NCBI GenBank assembly: GCA_001949185.1
Contig: BDGG01000003.1
Location: forward strand, 252,679-316,678
Reading direction: 5' to 3'
From: Ramazzottius varieornatus
Taxonomy: Eukaryota > Animalia > Tardigrada
DNA: 64,000 nt
Both the position numbers and the translations under genes were made by a program. A model generated the notes under the pieces. The model was not told the origin of the DNA and searched no databases. It saw only the letters and a program-made list of their open reading frames with translations. Numbering within the stretch: position 1 is the stretch's first letter; each line of letters begins with the position of its first letter. Shown here piece by piece: positions 37,877 to 50,500 of this stretch.

Positions 37877-40800
37877 CTACCACGGACGTTGTCCCTGCTG
37901 TGAGGGATCGACCGGCGTCTGCCCTGCTTGAGGATATCCGGGCACTGCAGAACCAGGATATGGCTGCTGGTAGGGATATTGTGGTGCTGGAGGATACTGA
38001 GGGAATGCTCCGCCTTGTGGATGCCCACCTGCAGAAAAGAAAACCGTTAGCCTCCGCATTCCCAACGCGGAAGTGATCAATACGGACCGTTCGTCTACCT
38101 ACATATACTGTTCAAGACTCTTACTACGGTGCACAGTAGGCAGGATCGCGAAACAAGGCTTTATGCAAGCGAGTGGCCACTATCACTCACCTGCATACAT
38201 AAGCCGTCTCTAGTATCACATCGGAATGTACGCAAGTTTAAGAAAGATTTCCCGAGACCACACAGAAAATACCGAATATTAATTTACTCACCGCGTTCCC
38301 AGTTTTAATTTTCCCAGTGTTATTTTCGACAGTTTGACCATGTACCTGGATATGTCATGCTATATGCCATGGTAGGGTTGAACGAAGGAGGGTTATATGC
38401 GCCATAGGCTGGATAAGGCGTGCCTTGTTGAGGCTGGCCTGCTGCGCCAGCAGCTCCAACGTACGGATTGTAGGCTTGGCCGTAGCCCGGAGGCAGCTGC
38501 TGACCGTTTGGATAGCCCTGCGGAACACTGCCTGGCTGGGCCGGCGGGTACCCGGGTGGCAAAGCTGAATTCTGTTGATAGGATGGAGCTGTGGAGGTTG
38601 CTGGTGGTGGAGGACGCGGCGGTGGAGTGGACTTTGCTTGCGACTGACTGCTCTCGCCTACAGCGACACCATAACCGATCAGGAGATTTAGAGAACTGGT
38701 ACAGTCTCTTCTACCTCCAGTTTTATCACCGTTTTGGAAACTTTTAATGTGTGCAAAGGTCCCAACAGTACGAGTACCTCACGCGCACATTTTCTGCCAA
38801 CTTCCAGTTCGCAGCACGTGCAACGAGCTCGCCTGTCGAGGCCGTGCCGCCAGCCGGACGTAGGTTGCTTTTGTGCTTCTCATTCTACTATATGAAGTCT
38901 GGCCTTTTTTGCTGGTTATGATCAACTCTGAAACTAATACTAAAAATTCTACAAGAATGAGTTTAATCTCCAAGTCTTACCGTCGTGGAAGGAAGGAGTT
39001 TTGAGACTGACGCTATCGGTGGGTTTGTTAATAATGTTGTTCTGGACAGCGCGCAGATGTTCTTCCTTCTCCGCGTTACGCGCGAAACAGAAGTCGCCAA
39101 TCTTGCTTTGGAACTTAAGCAACAACTCAGTCAAGTCCCCGTAGAACTACAACGACAAAAAAAGTTCAAGAATCATTATTAAACAATTTATTCCATAGAA
39201 AAATGTAAACCTACCTTGGCGCCTTCGTTCAAGTTAGCTTTCAGTTCCATGAAAGCATCGTAAGCCGCAGCGAGATCCTTCAAGACCGTTTCTCGCTGTT
39301 CGGCGCTCTTATTGGCACTCTTTTGTTGACAGAACTCGGCATTCAAACGTTGAATCTCCGGCATGATGCTCTGTTGCAGCGTGAAGCTGTCGTGCATCTG
39401 CTTCTGTATAGGCCCCAGCACGCGATTCAACTCTTCCACTGACAGAGCGTACACGGCCTCCGCCGACATGCTACCTTCCTGCAGCAATTTCGGCTCTACA
39501 AAACAGACACACAATCCATCATCGACAACCACCAAAGGGCACAAAAACCTCAAAAAATCCAGGACATAAGCCCCCCCACCCGGATCTAATTTCTTTCTAC
39601 TAGGTGGAGAGTATAGCTACAACCGCAAATTATGCCTAGGTCACAGGGGTAGTAACTTACTGATGTCGACAATTGCCGATTTCAGCTCGTTCTCGCCGTT
39701 CTCTCTGGTGACTTGGATGGTCTTCACAGTATCCAGCAACTCTCTCAGCGTCTTGACTACAGGGCTACTGAGAAGACCCTGAACAGGGTTGGCCGAAGGT
39801 ATGGCTCGAGCTATATCTTGGTCGCTACCACTGAGGATCTCCATGGCGCGTTCGTGCTTGGTGTACTTCTCCCGGACGATACCGTCAGCCTTCTCGGCGT
39901 TATTGGCGATGGCCCGATACTTGGCGGACTCTTGGCGAAGAGGCTCGCTCAGCTGGGAAGAAGCCACTCGTGTCCAGCGAGTACCGAACTGCTTGCGCAG
40001 CTGCTCGTCCGAGTTGAGCTCTTCCTCCAACATTCGATCACACTAGAAAAGACCAAAATCCATAAAACCGTCTTGAGATGGAATGAACCAAAACAAACAA
40101 TATAATTTAGGATTCAAAAGAGTTGAAAGAAATAGAAATCAGGAATTTGTCCAATAAACTTGACCAAAACCCTCCCCAAGTGGCGCTTGCTTTCCTTCAA
40201 AATAGGTGAGAAGGTGCGCCACTTGGGGAAATAGTCTTTTCGAGCTTTTCAACGTGTCGTACGCTTCCGGCTAGTATCACCGAGAACGTGCGCCACTAAC
40301 CACAACGATCTGCGATGGTTTCTTGTAAAATAAAATAATACCGGTAGGTAACAGAATTAAATAACAAACCAATTACAGAAACTACATCCATGAGTTCACT
40401 TATTACCTCGCCGAGGATATCTTTGTTTCTTTGCAGCATATCAGGTAGCGCGTTGATAACCTTTTTCAGCTCGGAGATGCCACCTTCCTGTCGGATGGTC
40501 TGTGCTTTCTGGCGAACACTTTCTGGAACATCGACACCCGAAGTGTCTTCCAGAGCCGCTGGAAGGTTCATCGAAGCTAGCAACCTGCACAAATCAACAC
40601 CAAATTTACACCTGTTTTTCTGACTTTATTTTGTCCAGCCTTGGAAATTCCAGCACTAACGCATTCATCATCTGTGTTTGCTCTCTGACGTTGGCCACTT
40701 CACGGTTGATGAGCTCTGTCTTCCTGGCATTATGCGCAGTCACGGCTTGCTGAATTGCCACAGGAACCAAAGCTCCGAACAAATCTACCGGAAAGAGAAC

Positions 40801-42869
40801 AATAAAAAAACCGGCAATGAGAACCGATTTTTTCCAGATATCTTACCAACGAATTTGTCGCTCAGAGGGAACGTCGGCATGATCGGTTTGGCCAACGGAG
40901 CTCGGCCGATGGGTGGAAGGCTCTTTATGTCGGGAATCCTGGCGTGGTAGATGAAGTCGTTATCTTTGGTGGCGGCGTTCACATCACGCTGGATGATGGT
41001 CTCAGCGTACTTGAAGGGGAAAGACGGAGTATCGTAACGCTTTCTGGCTTGCTGCATTAACTCAGCCGCATGCTATAGGGAGAAAACACTATTCAAATGA
41101 CAATTCGAACTATTCCATCGGAGAAAATACTCGAATCTACAAAGGCGGTAAATGATTCCACCCTGGTTGTTAGCGAGGTGGCGCGCGCCGTCATTGTTAC
41201 TGGCTGAAGACGTGCGCCACTTGGGAAGCAGTCTGGGTGCATATATTTTCCCAAATAGTCTCAAAGTTGGGTAAGTTGTTCAGGGCCGAATTGAAACGAA
41301 TAAACCATCCAGGCAAGTGTTACAAGTAGGGATTAGACTCATTAATCAAAGCCTTGTCCAAACATTACCTTCAACCTTGCCAGTTCCTCGCCGACTTCCT
41401 TGTTGGCTTTGTGTACCAGCGCTTGATAATACTCGGATATGGCATGGTATCCGGCTTGTTTACATGCAACAATCGACAGCCAATCCTATAAATATATATT
41501 GTAATTATAACCGATAACATACTGAACTGGCCAGTTTTTTGCTCTACAAGACAATAAAACAGATGAGTCAATTGTCGCCCTTACTTTCTCGAAGCACGAT
41601 CGGATGGTTTCTCTTTGCATCATTTTCATGGCATCAGCGTAATAGTCTTCCGTTTGAGCAGCTACCTTTGCGATCACTGCATCCTTCATCTTGTCTACAA
41701 CCACAAAACAACCGTTGGTGAAATCCAAAGGAAGGAGCAAACGAGAATAAACGATGCATCGAAATATTCAGGTCCGAGCTCTATGTTATGTCTGCGCGAA
41801 CCACGCCCTAAAAGACGCACGCGAGGACGTGCTGAGCCCCCTAAACGGTTGGGGTGCGCGGCTCTTCTTGATTTCTAATTTTCCACTGGAAAAAAATTTA
41901 ATTGCTAACTTCCTTCTCACCTTTCGCGGCTTTCATGAAGAGAACTTCTTGAGCTTGTGCAGTCATCAGGGTGATGAGAGCGTTCAGTGTATCGGGGAAC
42001 AGATCCAGCGTAGGTTCGGACTGGATAGCAGCCAGGACGTGATCCTTGACGTAGGTGAAGACACCAGCTGACTGCTGGAAATACTTCGTGGACAATTTCA
42101 GACTATCGTCAAATTCCAGGTTCTGATTAGCACCGATCTGCGAGAGCATGGCTCCGATATTAAACATCACACATATCTTTTCGTAGGCGAGTGAAGCTTG
42201 AGCTAGACGGGAAAAGTAAAGGAGAGAGGTGGAAACGATTGTTTGGAAATTATCATAAATAAAACAAACAAATCGTTCTTACTCAGAGACATCCGACCAA
42301 CGAAAAGACCGCCCTTATCAAAAGCGTCCTTCCATTTAAAAGGGATCTGGTGCTCGGCGGAAGGTATCTTCATTTCTAGCGAATGAAGCTGGTCATAATA
42401 TCTGGAAGAAAATCAAAGGCGTCAGAATATTTCTGATCAGTAAAGCACCGCATAACGAAAACCCCATGATGACGTCACGTGACAGCATTACAGCTGACGG
42501 CAAAGCCAGTGCGTAAATTACAAGGTTTCAACCACATCAGTCCCATGCAATATGAGCCGGGTAAAACAAAAAAGTTGGTAGTAACGATGTATCACCAGCT
42601 GGCATAGGACCTGCTTTTAACTTGCAATCGACGAAACTCTTTCTAAATATATCGGCTTACTTGTAAAGCGTTTCCAGTGAGGATTCATGTCGATCCAGCA
42701 CGCGACAAACAGCATTCTTCCGCAATTTGTCCAGTTCCTCCAACGACGACGTGACATCCTGAGAGTTCTCTCCCGTGTAGATGGAGGAGATTGCGTTGGC
42801 CAGCGGTTTGGCCAACACCGTCTCTACGGTAGGCTTCGTCGGGATGGTTATGAAGCACTTGTCGACCAT
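37877..42869 (-). CDS. PDCD6IP: ALIX / programmed cell death 6-interacting protein (Bro1, V and Pro-rich domains)
   Basis: [55 protein letters not shown], and a Pro/Tyr/Gln-rich C-terminus ending QRPW*. Confidence 0.95.
40178..40298. repeat. Two tandem copies of the palindromic element in an ALIX intron
   Basis: AAGTGGCGCTT-25-GTGCGCCACTT (40178-40224) and ACGTGTCGTAC-25-GTGCGCCACTA (40252-40298). Confidence 0.85.
41176..41222. repeat. Palindromic element in an ALIX intron
   Basis: AGGTGGCGCGC-25-GTGCGCCACTT. Confidence 0.85.
42470..42483. promoter_or_regulatory. Overlapping CRE (TGACGTCA) and CLEAR-type E-box (GTCACGTGAC) in ALIX intron 1
   Basis: TGACGTCACGTGAC read directly; function is inferred. 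Confidence 0.4.
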
Positions 42870-44126
42870 CTTCGCAGACGCTTTAAAGATTCCTCCACAA
42901 ACCTTTGGTCACAGATTCCTCACGATCACAACCTAAGTAACTTTGTGAATGACTTTGTCAGACGGCTACGAAACGTTTCCAAGTCAGACGAAGCCTCTGT
43001 TGTCGCAAAGGCTTTGACTGCCACTTGTATCAAAATTCCTGTTGACTTCAGCACATAAATCTCTAGCATAAGACTCTACGGAGTAGGGTTAGCTGGTCCT
43101 ACGAGCTTTAACAGTCGGCTCTCAGATATCAGAATCTATACTAACGTTGGAACAAGGCTGTGCCAGCCATTTGTGATTCGACGCCAAGCCGCCGCCAGCA
43201 CGACCCTGACAGCACGACACCGCCTGCGATGACGAATCTCTATTAATCACACCGGAAGTGGGAGGTTTCCATCAGTCATACGGTACCTACGTACCGCGCA
43301 ACCAGGTGTACCGCAGTGATTCTTCTATGACAGGTCGGTTACCCTAACAGAGCCACGATACTTTCCCGGTGAGTTTTGCGAGTCGTGGAAAACTCGTAAA
43401 CTCCTGTCATCAAATGCTCCTCACCCTCTGGGCAAACGAAACTCTGAGCGCGAAGCTGTGGGCTAAGAGTTCTTGCAGCACGGACCTTACGGCTGATTCG
43501 CAAACCGACAAGCAGCAGCTGAGCAAATTCACTGACCCTTGCACCAGCTTACAAGATAAATAAGCTCCAGTGTACTTAATTAGCATATTCGCTGGGTTCT
43601 CTGCAATCGGAGACCGTTCAAGTGCGAGAGATCGTGCGTAAGTGGAGTTCAGGCTCGGGTCTACATTCATAAACCGGTTCCTGAAGTTTCCCTTGACACA
43701 TCGAACATGAATCATCGCTATGTATCCACAAATACTTCTTTTTCTCTATTAAATGTAAATAGTTTGAAGCCTCGAGCTATAATCCCCCAGAACGGCGACA
43801 GGACAGTAAGCCACTGAGATCCCACGACCTGAGTCGTGACTCATCGAAACACGGAACCCGACCAAAGCAGCAACACAGCAGCAAGTCCACGTTATTGATT
43901 GTACAGCCTTGATTGACCATATCGGACAGCGAGCGAGGGCTGTGTGCACTAAAGCTTGCTAGTACACGGTCCTACTGTTGGTAGTGACGGGCCGTTTGAT
44001 GTTTCCTCAGACCAGTGTGTAATCAGGGTTGATTTTATTTACGTCATTTCCGTTTTGAAGATCTGGACATCTTTATCAATCTCGTTGTCTCTTTCCATTC
44101 CTTACCATTCCTTACTCCCGTGTCAA

Positions 44127-46922
44127 ATGGGAGCTTACTTATCGCGATCAGGACAGGCGGGCAGCGTCGGGGCGTCAGGCCCAGATGCAGCAGCGTTTAA
44201 ATTTTCCGGAAGGGGAGGCGAGTTGCGCATCGTTTGTGTTCATCCATCATGCTTTGTGTGATTCATCAACAGTTCTGCTTTGCAGGTACCTACTTCGCAG
44301 ACTACTTTATCATGGGTGGAGAACGCTTTGAATCACCGCAGCCAGAAGCTTATTTGTTTGGAGAGAACACAGATCTGAATTTCCTGACCAGAAAGGCACT
44401 CGCAGTAAGTCCGTGTTATATTTTCGGGATTCGCACTTCGAACATGTGCGTGAACGTGCGCACGTCCTACAACGGGATGGACGAGCTGAGATGTGCATCG
44501 TGGTGCGCATGCACGTCGACAGATTTTCCCCCTTTGATTCGTCGTTACCAGAGAATTTTCAGCTTTCTGACACTCTTCTTTCCGGCAGTGTCCGAACCCG
44601 ATGCCCACTCCTCAAGAACTCGCCAAGCCTCTGCGAAGTGTAATTAACATCCGAAGGGAAAGTCTGCGTCTTGTCAGGTTGGTGAAAGAAGGAATTTCCT
44701 AATGGTTACTTCATCGATCGATAGGTCTTTCTTCTCCTCGTTCATGCCACCGATTTCCTCTGTGATGGGAACCCTTTCTTTTCCTCAGGTTGTTGGACGA
44801 AGATGGAGCTGGGACAGGCTACAATATCGAGTTCAATTTTGACGCCGATGTAGCCTGCACAATCCGCATCATGTACTTCGCCACGGAGGAATTCATCAAT
44901 CACGGAATATCGTAAGAGTACCATTTGACTAATTCTGATTTAAGTAATTTATTATGGGTTTCTTCCGCAGTTATGTAGCTCAAGATGCTACGCTGAATTC
45001 ACCCAAATATTCTTACAAGAAAGGTGCGAATCAGCTGTTCAGTCAGTCATCGCACGTCTTCGATCCGACCAAGTTCCCAGAGGATCAGCTGGCCTACTCG
45101 GAAGAGAAGGACGTCTTTCCGGTGGTCATTCTCTGCACTACCGCCGAAAACGAAGGTGCGAAACGTCATCTTAAACCATCCCTGTAGCTAAATTATTGAA
45201 AATCAGTTCTTTTTCCCGTGTGTAGAGATCAAACAGTCGCACGTCACAATGGGCACCATCGACAAAAATCCAGACGGAACTTTCACGTTGAAGTCGCTCA
45301 AGCAAAAGCAGTGCATTGACGGTTTCTGCTACCTTCTCCAAGAAATCTACGGCATTGAGAACAAGATTGCCGCTTTGTGGGGCGAGGTAACTGCGTATAA
45401 TTATCTTCGAATCAGAACGTTTTCCCATGTGGCGCACATTCTCTGCGTTGTTAAGTGGGAGTGTGCAACACTCAGGATAACGATCTTTTCCAGTTTGACT
45501 GTTTTCCCAAGCGGCGCATATCGCCAGTGCTATTAGGTAGAACAGTGCGCCACCCGGGAAAACCGATCTGTTTGAATTTATTTACCAGCTACCGAATCGT
45601 TCCGATAATTTGAATTCTGTCCACCAAGAGTGCGATCGCTCTCTGATGTCTCATGTTATTTTATTGTGTTCTTACTCCAGAACGGGGAAGAGGATGTGGA
45701 GGAAGGTGGTGCCGAATGCGTCGTCTGCATTTCCGAGGCCCGCGACACACTGATCCTTCCCTGTCGTCATCTGTGCTTGTGTTCGGCTTGCGCCGAGAAC
45801 CTGCGCTACCAAGCCAGCAACTGTCCCATCTGTCGAGCGCCCTTCCGAGCTCTCTTGCAGATTCGCGCACTACAAAAGAAAGAAGCGGCGATGGCACTAG
45901 AGCCGGCTCGGGCGGACGAGGAAGACATCCCGGCGGGGTACGAAGTGGTCTCGCTCATCGAAGCCCTGAACGGTCCGGGGAAGTTCTCTTCAGCAATTAA
46001 AAGCATCTACAAGACCCCGCCAGAAAGCCCGATCATACCACCAGTGGTATTCAAACCGACGGCGGGACCACGAACTAAGAAACGGTCAAAAAAGTGAGGC
46101 AAAGAACGGTGGAGCATTTCTGTAGCAAAAGCTTTAGAAAAATAAACGAGAAAAAAATAATTTGAAATGCATGAGGTGCTAAGAATGATTCTTCAAGCCT
46201 ACAGGCGTTTCTTTTGTAGGGGGAGCGCTCCGAAAATCGTGGAAGAAGCCCCGATTGCTGCCGCGACTTCCTCGAACGATGTGGTCTCTCCCTCCACTTC
46301 TATCCGATCTAACATCTCGGCGTCCGTACCCGACCTGAACTTGAAGGTTCCCAGGAAGAAGGAAGGCAACACCAGAAGCCTGCCGAAAGGCTTGGACAGG
46401 GTCGTAATCGTCAACGAGGTACGTTAGTGCATTTTTTCCGTGTTTCATCCCTTCTTGAGGCACACCTTGATACGGGTAACTCAGGGCCGTGCCTCGCCAG
46501 TTTACGGCGGCGCAGCCCTGAGCGCGGAGCACGGCCTTGACATGAACGCGGATGGTTCATACTTTGATCATACTTTCCACGTCGTGTGCCTTCCCTTAAA
46601 TCTTTGTTCAACCTCTCGAGTGTTTTGTCAGGTTGAGATTTTGCCTTCGTCCCTGCAACGTACACAGATGGACGACGAGGACGACTGCGGGAAGGATTCC
46701 GATCAGACCAATGACAGTACGTCCTCAGCCCGTTCCCTTAACCCGTTACTAGCTCGAGTAGCCTCGCAAGAATCTCTGGGGGATAGCGGAGAGGTCTACG
46801 TGGACGCTGACGCCGAAAACCACAGCCCGAAAACCTTGGTACGTCAAAAGAAATAATTTTCAATGAAAAATACTCATTTTTGGTGCAATCCGACTTTTTA
46901 CCCACAATAGAACGCAAAATAA
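44127..46922 (+). CDS. RING E3 ubiquitin ligase MGRN1/RNF157 family
   Basis: MGAYLSR (myristoylation-type start), YFIMGGERFESPQPEAYLFGENTDLNFL, YLLQEIYGIENK, ECVVCISEARDTLILPCRHLCLCSACAENLRYQASNCPICRAPFRALLQI. Confidence 0.93.
45427..45555. repeat. Two tandem copies of the palindromic element in an MGRN1 intron
   Basis: ATGTGGCGCAC-25-GTGCAACACTC (45427-45473) and AAGCGGCGCAT-25-GTGCGCCACCC (45509-45555). Confidence 0.85.
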
Positions 46923-47557
46923 TGAAAACATAATTTTATCGATAAAATCCACGGTTATTGTTTTATTGTTGTCTTATTTTTATCCGATGTCTCATATTTC
47001 ATCGCAGCTGCTGTATGATATATGTTTCTTCGTTGTCATTTTAAGTTCAGAGTCTTTTCTCAGTTGATATGATTGGCAGCTTTTTATCGCGGTGTGTCTT
47101 TTCATTGTAGTTTTTCCCCTCTCGACAAGTCTCTTTTGGTTCTTTCTGCCTTTCTTCGAAAAGAGTGGCCTCATGGTCTTTCTACTTACTTCTTAATTTC
47201 TCATTTGACTCTCTCGTTGAAGTGTAATGCTGTTGTGTGTACAGTTTCTTGGTGGGAAGGGATGCAGAGCAGAACGACTGGGTTAATGAGAGCTTAACTT
47301 GCTCGGACCTCCGGTCATGTGGAACTCAGTGTGCTGCAGTTCTGAACACGAACAGGTTGAAACAAGTTCCTTGACCAACGTTTTGCCTGGTTTTCATCAC
47401 GCGAAAATTTCCTTCCGAAATCCTCATGCAGTTTTAAGAACTTCGCCGATATTCATGCGAGTTGAACACTTGATTTCTTGATTACTTTCTCCAGTACAAT
47501 AATTTTTCGAAACGAGGTGAAATCGTATTATAGTGTTTGGTGGGAAATTTTAGGAAA

Positions 47558-50500
47558 ATGCGCTTCGGCGCGAGATTGTTTTCATCATTTCACTTGCTGT
47601 TTTACCTGTGGAATTTCTTGTTGGTGTCTGTGATAAGGGAGTGTGAAGCTGGATACAAGACGGTGTGTTATTACGAGTCCTGGGCGATTTACCGTCGAAC
47701 GGACTCACGGTTGGGCGCGGACTTTACCATATCCCAACCTCCGTGTACCCACCTCATCTACGCTTTTGCCGTTATCAAAAACGGCGAACTGACAGCGTTT
47801 GATCCAACGGTGGATTTGGACGGGGATGGGCAATATGGCGGCTACAACAAGTTCAACCAGATCACGGTAAGCTATGCGTTCCTTGATTCCTCAGGTGGAA
47901 GAAGATGGTAAATATAAGGGCAAACTGGATCCATTATATTCGTCTTAAAACGATCTTCAGCTGTCTGGCTTGAAATTGTGATTTCATCACTCAAAAGTGT
48001 AATTGCAACCAGTGCAACTTTTTCTTTAATAATATCAGAGATGCGTTTTAGAAACGTGCCAGGCCGGTGATAACGTTACTGGCAGTCGGCGGCTGGAACG
48101 CCGGCTCGAAGGAGTTCTCCGACGTGGCAGCTTCCGAAGAAACCAGGCAGATCTTCGCCGAGCAAACCGTCACGTACCTCCGACGGTATGGCTTTCAAGG
48201 TTTGGATGTCGACTGGGAATACCCCGCGGACCGCGAAGGCTCGCGACCCGAAGACAAGGAAAACTTCTCCCAGCTGCTCCAGGCACGTTTGCTGTTCTTC
48301 CTACCGTTCATCCGCTGGCATTAATTAGCCAACCAGAAAGCGAAGTTAAATTACGCTGTTCATTCGTGCGGAAAGAAATGGGTTTTGCTGTTTTGGATTT
48401 TAGGCTCTTCGGGCGGCGTTCGACGCAGAAGAGAAGCAGCCAGGACGGTCGAGGTTGCTGCTGACCGTGGCCTTGTCGCCACATCCTGACAAACTGGACA
48501 AGTCTTACGACATGGCATCGGTGGGTGAATTCGTGGATTTTGTCAACATTATGACGTACGATTATGCCAGAGCCGGCTGGTCCGTCGAGATCAAGCCGCA
48601 TAACCCACTGTGGAGACGTCCGGAAGACACTGAATGGCAGTCGCAACTCAACGCCGTAAGTAGGCCACACCTGCCAAGTTGATAACAGTACTAAAAATGA
48701 CAAAAGAGTCAAACTGCACCCTTTATTTCAAATTCGCGTAATGCTAATCGTTGGAAAGTACGAGAAGGTATAGCCGTTCGTTAAACTGGCTTCACGTCGT
48801 ACAGCGTCTTACTACGGTAGTTCATTTCAATGTACACTGTAGTACACTGTAAACCCAAGACTTGTATTTTACTGTTGTAGGAATGGGCGGTGCAGAAAAT
48901 GATCAAGGAGGGCGTGCCATCCGAGAAGCTAATTTTGGGTATCCCGACATACGGAGTGACATATAAAATCCCCATGGACTCGGTCCCAAAGATCCACGGA
49001 TCGCATCAAGGTGCGGGTGATGCTGGGCCCATTACCAAAGAAAAAGGTTACCTTGCATTTCACGAGGTGAGAAAAACTGACTTACTCAACTTTTCGGAAC
49101 CTTGCACTGTGGGTGTTGTACAGAACAAGAGTTGTTAATTCAACGTTCTCGTGTATGGAATGTTGGCATTGACGAGACGAAAGCTCAAGGCCAGATTGTA
49201 CCATTTTTTCTACGCTTTATTTCCAGATTTGTCGAAGACTTAAGCTGGAGAAAGGCTGGACATGCCTGATGGACCAAGCTGGCACTCCCATCTGCTACCG
49301 CAAAAGCGAGTTGGTATCCTTCGAAAACCCGAAATCGGCTCGAAATAAGGTATCAAATGTGCAGTGAAAAATCGACAGTAAACCCAGTTCTACGGTAGCT
49401 CGGCGTCCACTGCATGTTAATTTTATGCAGGCCATGTTCATAATGAAATACAAAATGGGCGGTGCCATGATATGGTCGTTGGCTACCGACGACTTCAACG
49501 GTTTCTGCTATGGAAAGAAGTTTGCCATCACGCAGACCGTTCGAGACACATTCGACGCCAGCACAAAGATGATGGGTCGGGAGGACACCGAACAAGGAAG
49601 TGCGCTAGAGACCGTACCGGAGTACTGCGTAAAAGACCCGAAAGCCAACGCTCCGGACTGTGTTAAGGTATTCTGCCCCGAGATCAAACGCTACTTCATG
49701 CCCTACGAGTATGCTTGTGTCAACGTGCTGGGCAAATGCTCCTACCCGAAAATCCAAGTGTGCGACACGCCCAGACTAAGGTGAGCAAACGTCACCCACA
49801 AGTCCGAAACTCAAACTGAACCGAGAAATTCCGAAGGACAAGTCAACAAATGACTTCCCCACACTTGCCGATTGGTGAACGATCTAAACGCGATAGAACT
49901 AATCATCAAGAGTGATTTGCAACCCAAGACTATACGGTTGATTTAATCAATGTCTGTTGCGGATTTTTTTCCCTACTGTATTACCTTTTGCAGCTCGTCG
50001 TACATTAAAGTCAAGTTCTCGCTGTACACACCCTACTCTTCCAAACCCGCCAACTTGTCCTGCGCCAGCGGTATCACCCCTGCCACCGAAGTAACGTCCA
50101 TGTCCGACAAGTGTCGTAAACGCTTCTGGACGTGTGAGTCCAACCAGCTGGGCGGCTACAACATAAACGACTACATTTGTCCACTCAAGTCCGACTTTGA
50201 CCCGGCGGCCAAAGTCTGCAAGATACCCGACACTGTCGACTCGGATGACGACCCGTGTCCCGAGACGGTGGCGCCAGCGCTACCTGCCACCGTTGCGCCC
50301 GTCCGATTCACCTTGCCCTACGCTATACCGACGAAACCGAGGATGACGACCATTTCCTATAGACCGCAGTTGTTGGGCTACGATATACCCATCAAGACGC
50401 AGGAGGCGCTGGAGAAAGCGGTGGACGATGCTTTCGACGATCCACGCACCTACCCGCTGGTAAGAAACCGACGTGGTAGTACTGAGCGAAAATGACGATA

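Noticed and set aside
41785-41865. GACGCAC...GTGCGCGGC in an ALIX intron as a further element copy
   Set aside because: Spacer is about 33 nt and arms match poorly.
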